Source: Promethearchaeota archaeon
GTDB taxonomy: Archaea; Asgardarchaeota; Lokiarchaeia; Sigyniarchaeales; SOKP01
Length of the DNA stretch: 61,308 nt
Reading direction: 5' to 3'
Assembly (NCBI GenBank): GCA_016839705.1
Contig: JAEOTR010000003.1
Location: 1-61,308, forward strand
The translations under genes were made by a program, and so were the position numbers. The notes beneath the pieces are model-generated. The model was not told the DNA's origin and searched no databases. It saw nothing but the letters and a program-made list of their open reading frames with translations. Every line of letters starts with the position of its first letter. Position 1 is the first letter of the stretch. Shown in pieces: positions 60,744 to 61,308 of this stretch.

Positions 60744-60968
60744 TTAACCCTTCTTAATAACAAAAATTAAATTGCCGTTATCTTCCCTAAGCTCAACTAA
60801 TTCATTCCCAGTTTTATTCAACATTGCAGGAATATCTTTTTTAGCTCCAATGTCATCAACAACTACTTCGATAACTTGCCCCGAAGTGAAGTTTTTCAAC
60901 TCTTTCTTCGTTTTCAATACCGGCATTGGACATCTCAAGCCAGTAAAATCAAATGTTTTTTCAACCAT
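60744..60968 (-). CDS. tusA: TusA-family sulfur carrier
   Basis: D.TGLRCPMPVLKTKKEL...GQVIEVV.DD.GAKKDIP. Confidence 0.9.
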   Translation of the reverse strand: MVEKTFDFTGLRCPMPVLKTKKELKNFTSGQVIEVVVDDIGAKKDIPAMLNKTGNELVELREDNGNLIFVIKKG

Positions 60969-61066
60969 TTTATTCAACCTTTTTAGTTTTTTTTTCTAGT
61001 TTTTTGAATTTAATATTAAATTAAATTACAAATTGAAACTCTTTATAGATAAAAAATATAAAATAG

Positions 61067-61146
61067 TATTTAAACTATAGTTTTTTTAACTATAAACGAT
61101 TCGTTTATTAAACAAATATCACTATTAAAGAATAAGTCAATAGTGA
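61067..61146. promoter_or_regulatory. Candidate promoter/operator region of the sulfur relay-Hdr cluster
   Basis: Minus-strand TTTAAATA at 61074-61067; palindromes AAACTATAGTTT (61072-61083), ATAAACGA-T-TCGTTTAT (61092-61108) and TCACTATT-N12-AATAGTGA (61119-61146). Confidence 0.4.
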
Positions 61147-61308
61147 AAAAAGTTATATATTAAGCTTTCATTATAAAAAGTATAAAAGATGATTTTTCAT
61201 TGGTATCTTCGATACTGATATATTATAAATTGAGTAAATATAACTTATATAACCAAAAAAAAGAAGTGAGTTTCCAGTGTTAGAAGATGGAATTGTTGAT
61301 GAAACAGA

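Noticed and set aside
51098-60968. Methanogenesis, dissimilatory sulfite reduction or the canonical sHdr system
   Set aside because: No mcr, dsrAB, dsrC or lbpA in the window, and the order is single hdrC-B-A-mvhD rather than hdrC1B1A-hyp-C2B2
1318-60999. Short antisense or nested ORFs in the ORF track (for example 1318..1704, 6149..6460, 53200..53556, 54656..55057, 58910..59572)
   Set aside because: They overlap well-supported genes, are rich in F/S/I/L as expected for shadow frames of AT-rich genes, and carry no motifs
61253-61308. Possible start of a divergent plus-strand gene at the window edge
   Set aside because: Under 20 codons visible, with ambiguous start and frame
1-61308. CRISPR arrays, tRNA/rRNA genes, transposases, integrases
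   Set aside because: No regularly spaced repeats, no extended GC-rich structured RNA segments and no DDE, HUH or tyrosine-recombinase ORFs seen by eye; a covariance-model scan was not possible

Overview
Very AT-rich archaeal chromosome segment, most likely Asgard (Lokiarchaeia-like). This is inferred from GGAGG/GGTGA Shine-Dalgarno sites, an archaeal-type MetRS, roadblock proteins, a TPR-longin fusion and HdrABC-MvhD. I saw no rRNA, tRNA, CRISPR array or intact transposase. Two candidate undescribed systems stand out. (1) A pair of membrane-anchored TIR proteins flanking an amino-acid permease (15.6-24.6 kb). One is an 1830-aa Toll-like-topology receptor whose ectodomain is built from two solute-binding domains, followed by a TM helix and a cytoplasmic TIR that keeps the catalytic Glu. 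(2) A 12-gene minus-strand cluster (51.1-61.0 kb) joining a sulfur relay (TusA, DsrE/F/H, DsrE2, second TusA) to methanogen-type HdrCBA-MvhD, an MvhG-like subunit with no [NiFe] large subunit, and an FrhB protein with a GltD/NfnB-like module inserted into it. Other points: a dynein-roadblock-like gene missed by the ORF track and hdrC both lack an ATG/GTG/TTG start; a TFIIH p44/Ssl1-like VWA-zinc-finger protein; a divergent RtcB; a glycyl radical enzyme with an atypical Gly loop; a four-copy MFS array with a relic fifth copy; and a bactofilin-like gene preceded by two micro-ORFs. All family calls come from reading motifs by eye, not from database searches.
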